Of a DNA stretch of 43,121 bases, positions 42,429-43,121 are shown piece by piece (the first letter of the stretch is position 1; every line of letters begins with the position of its first letter). The translations under genes and the position numbers were made by a program. The stretch covers positions 1 to 43,121 of IMG/VR virus record IMGVR_UViG_3300045988_071163. One strand, 5' to 3'. This DNA comes from a virus. The notes beneath the pieces were generated by a model. That model saw only the letters and a list, made by a program, of their open reading frames with translations, was not told the DNA's origin and made no database searches.

Positions 42429-43121
42429 TTCTTTTTACCTCCGTTTTCGTTTAATTCTTCGTTTGTTGATGACTTCTTTTCGAAGTCAACTAACGTTTCA
42501 GCATCTCCGTTATAGGTGCTGCAGATGCCCGAGAAAGGACAGCCAAGAATAGAACACGCTCTATCGTTTCTATAGAAGAACTTCTCTCTGTCACATCTCT
42601 TGATTTCTTTAGCCATGGCAACTAGATTTTTTCTCTGTTCTTCTAGTTCTTCCTTTGTACGGCTTACAGTGAATACTCTGATCTTTCTTTCTGTATCTTC
42701 GTCATACCATGCTTCACAACGCTCAATGTATTCATCTAATGTTTCTGTCTTCTTTAGACGGATTGTTGGCTTAGTGATAACCGTGTAAGTAACTGGTCTA
42801 GTTTCTTCCTTAGCAATCAGATAATTACTTACCTGGTCGTTCATGAAATCAACCTTGTACATATACTCATCGGTAATGTAGTTACCTGTTGTTTTATGCT
42901 CGATAAGTCCATCGACAGATACTGCATCAATCTTTCCTTTTAGATAGATTCCTCTTGCTAATCGATATCTGAATTCCTGCTCAACATCGATAATTTCTGG
43001 CAACTGAGGGAGAATATACTTGATGAATGCTCTTGCCATCGCATCTGTATAATCATGGCTCTCAGTGAATGAACCTGTAGTAAGAATCTCTTCTACCTTG
43101 GCGTGATAACTGCTCCCTATC
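42419..43121 (-). CDS. PD-(D/E)XK (Cas4/RecB-like) nuclease, C-terminal part of the junction-spanning gene (about 271 aa in total)
   Basis: GKIDAV...IEHKT nuclease core and a C-terminal Cys cluster CSILGCPFSGIC, which pairs with the N-terminal FKDC. The frame is open through 43121. Confidence 0.75.
   Translation of the reverse strand, partial: IGSSYHAKVEEILTTGSFTESHDYTDAMARAFIKYILPQLPEIIDVEQEFRYRLARGIYLKGKIDAVSVDGLIEHKTTGNYITDEYMYKVDFMNDQVSNYLIAKEETRPVTYTVITKPTIRLKKTETLDEYIERCEAWYDEDTERKIRVFTVSRTKEELEEQRKNLVAMAKEIKRCDREKFFYRNDRACSILGCPFSGICSTYNGDAETLVDFEKKSSTNEELNENGGKKKWL
43067..43121. repeat. Terminal overlap, copy 2 (identical to 1..55)
   Basis: Same 55-mer as the window start. This is typical of circular-contig closure, although a short true terminal repeat is not excluded. 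Confidence 0.95.

Larger units (their letters stand above)
1..43121. mobile_element. Complete circularly closed genome of a temperate siphovirus-like phage (unique length 43,066 bp)
   Basis: Lysogeny, replication, packaging, head, tail and lysis modules are all present. The 55-nt ends are identical, one gene reads in frame across the junction, and there are no host-like flanks. Confidence 0.9.

Overview
The window is a complete, circularly closed genome of a temperate tailed phage. The first 55 nt are identical to the last 55 nt, which leaves 43,066 bp of unique sequence, and there is no host flanking DNA. The tail is long and non-contractile (siphovirus-like). The host is probably a low-GC Bacillota: the ribosome-binding sites are GGAGG-type, the holin looks like Phage_holin_4_1, and the endolysin is Amidase_2 plus PG_binding_1.

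Almost every gene is on the minus strand. Reading in the minus-strand direction, the order is:
- a cro-like regulator and an excisionase-like gene
- across the circular junction, a recombination and replication module: Cas4-like PD-(D/E)XK nuclease, Sak4-like AAA_24 ATPase, DUF669 SSB-like protein, SF2 helicase, VRR-NUC, DUF3310, ThyX-like protein, MazG-like protein, many small unknowns, a MazF/PemK-like protein and a primase/SF3 helicase
- terS
- a 4.3-kb accessory cassette
- terL, portal, scaffold, capsid, connectors, major tail protein, a G/GT chaperone pair with a visible -1 slippery site, a 1456-aa tape measure and tail tip/fibre genes
- holin, six small ORFs and the endolysin

The plus strand carries only the CI-like repressor with a tyrosine integrase, and one accessory operon.

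The most interesting region is the cassette at about 24843..29108, which separates terS from terL. It is bounded by terminators, looks lower in GC, and has its own divergent consensus promoters. It encodes an HTH protein and a small serine recombinase. It also encodes a translationally coupled Amidoligase_2-like ligase, a class-II (Ntn, Cys2) glutamine-amidotransferase-like protein and a tiny hydrophobic ORF. These follow a ~250-nt structured leader and are followed by ~450 bp of repeat-rich non-coding DNA. As far as I know, this enzyme pair has only been predicted computationally and has no established function in phages.

All family assignments come from motif recognition by eye. No database search was run.
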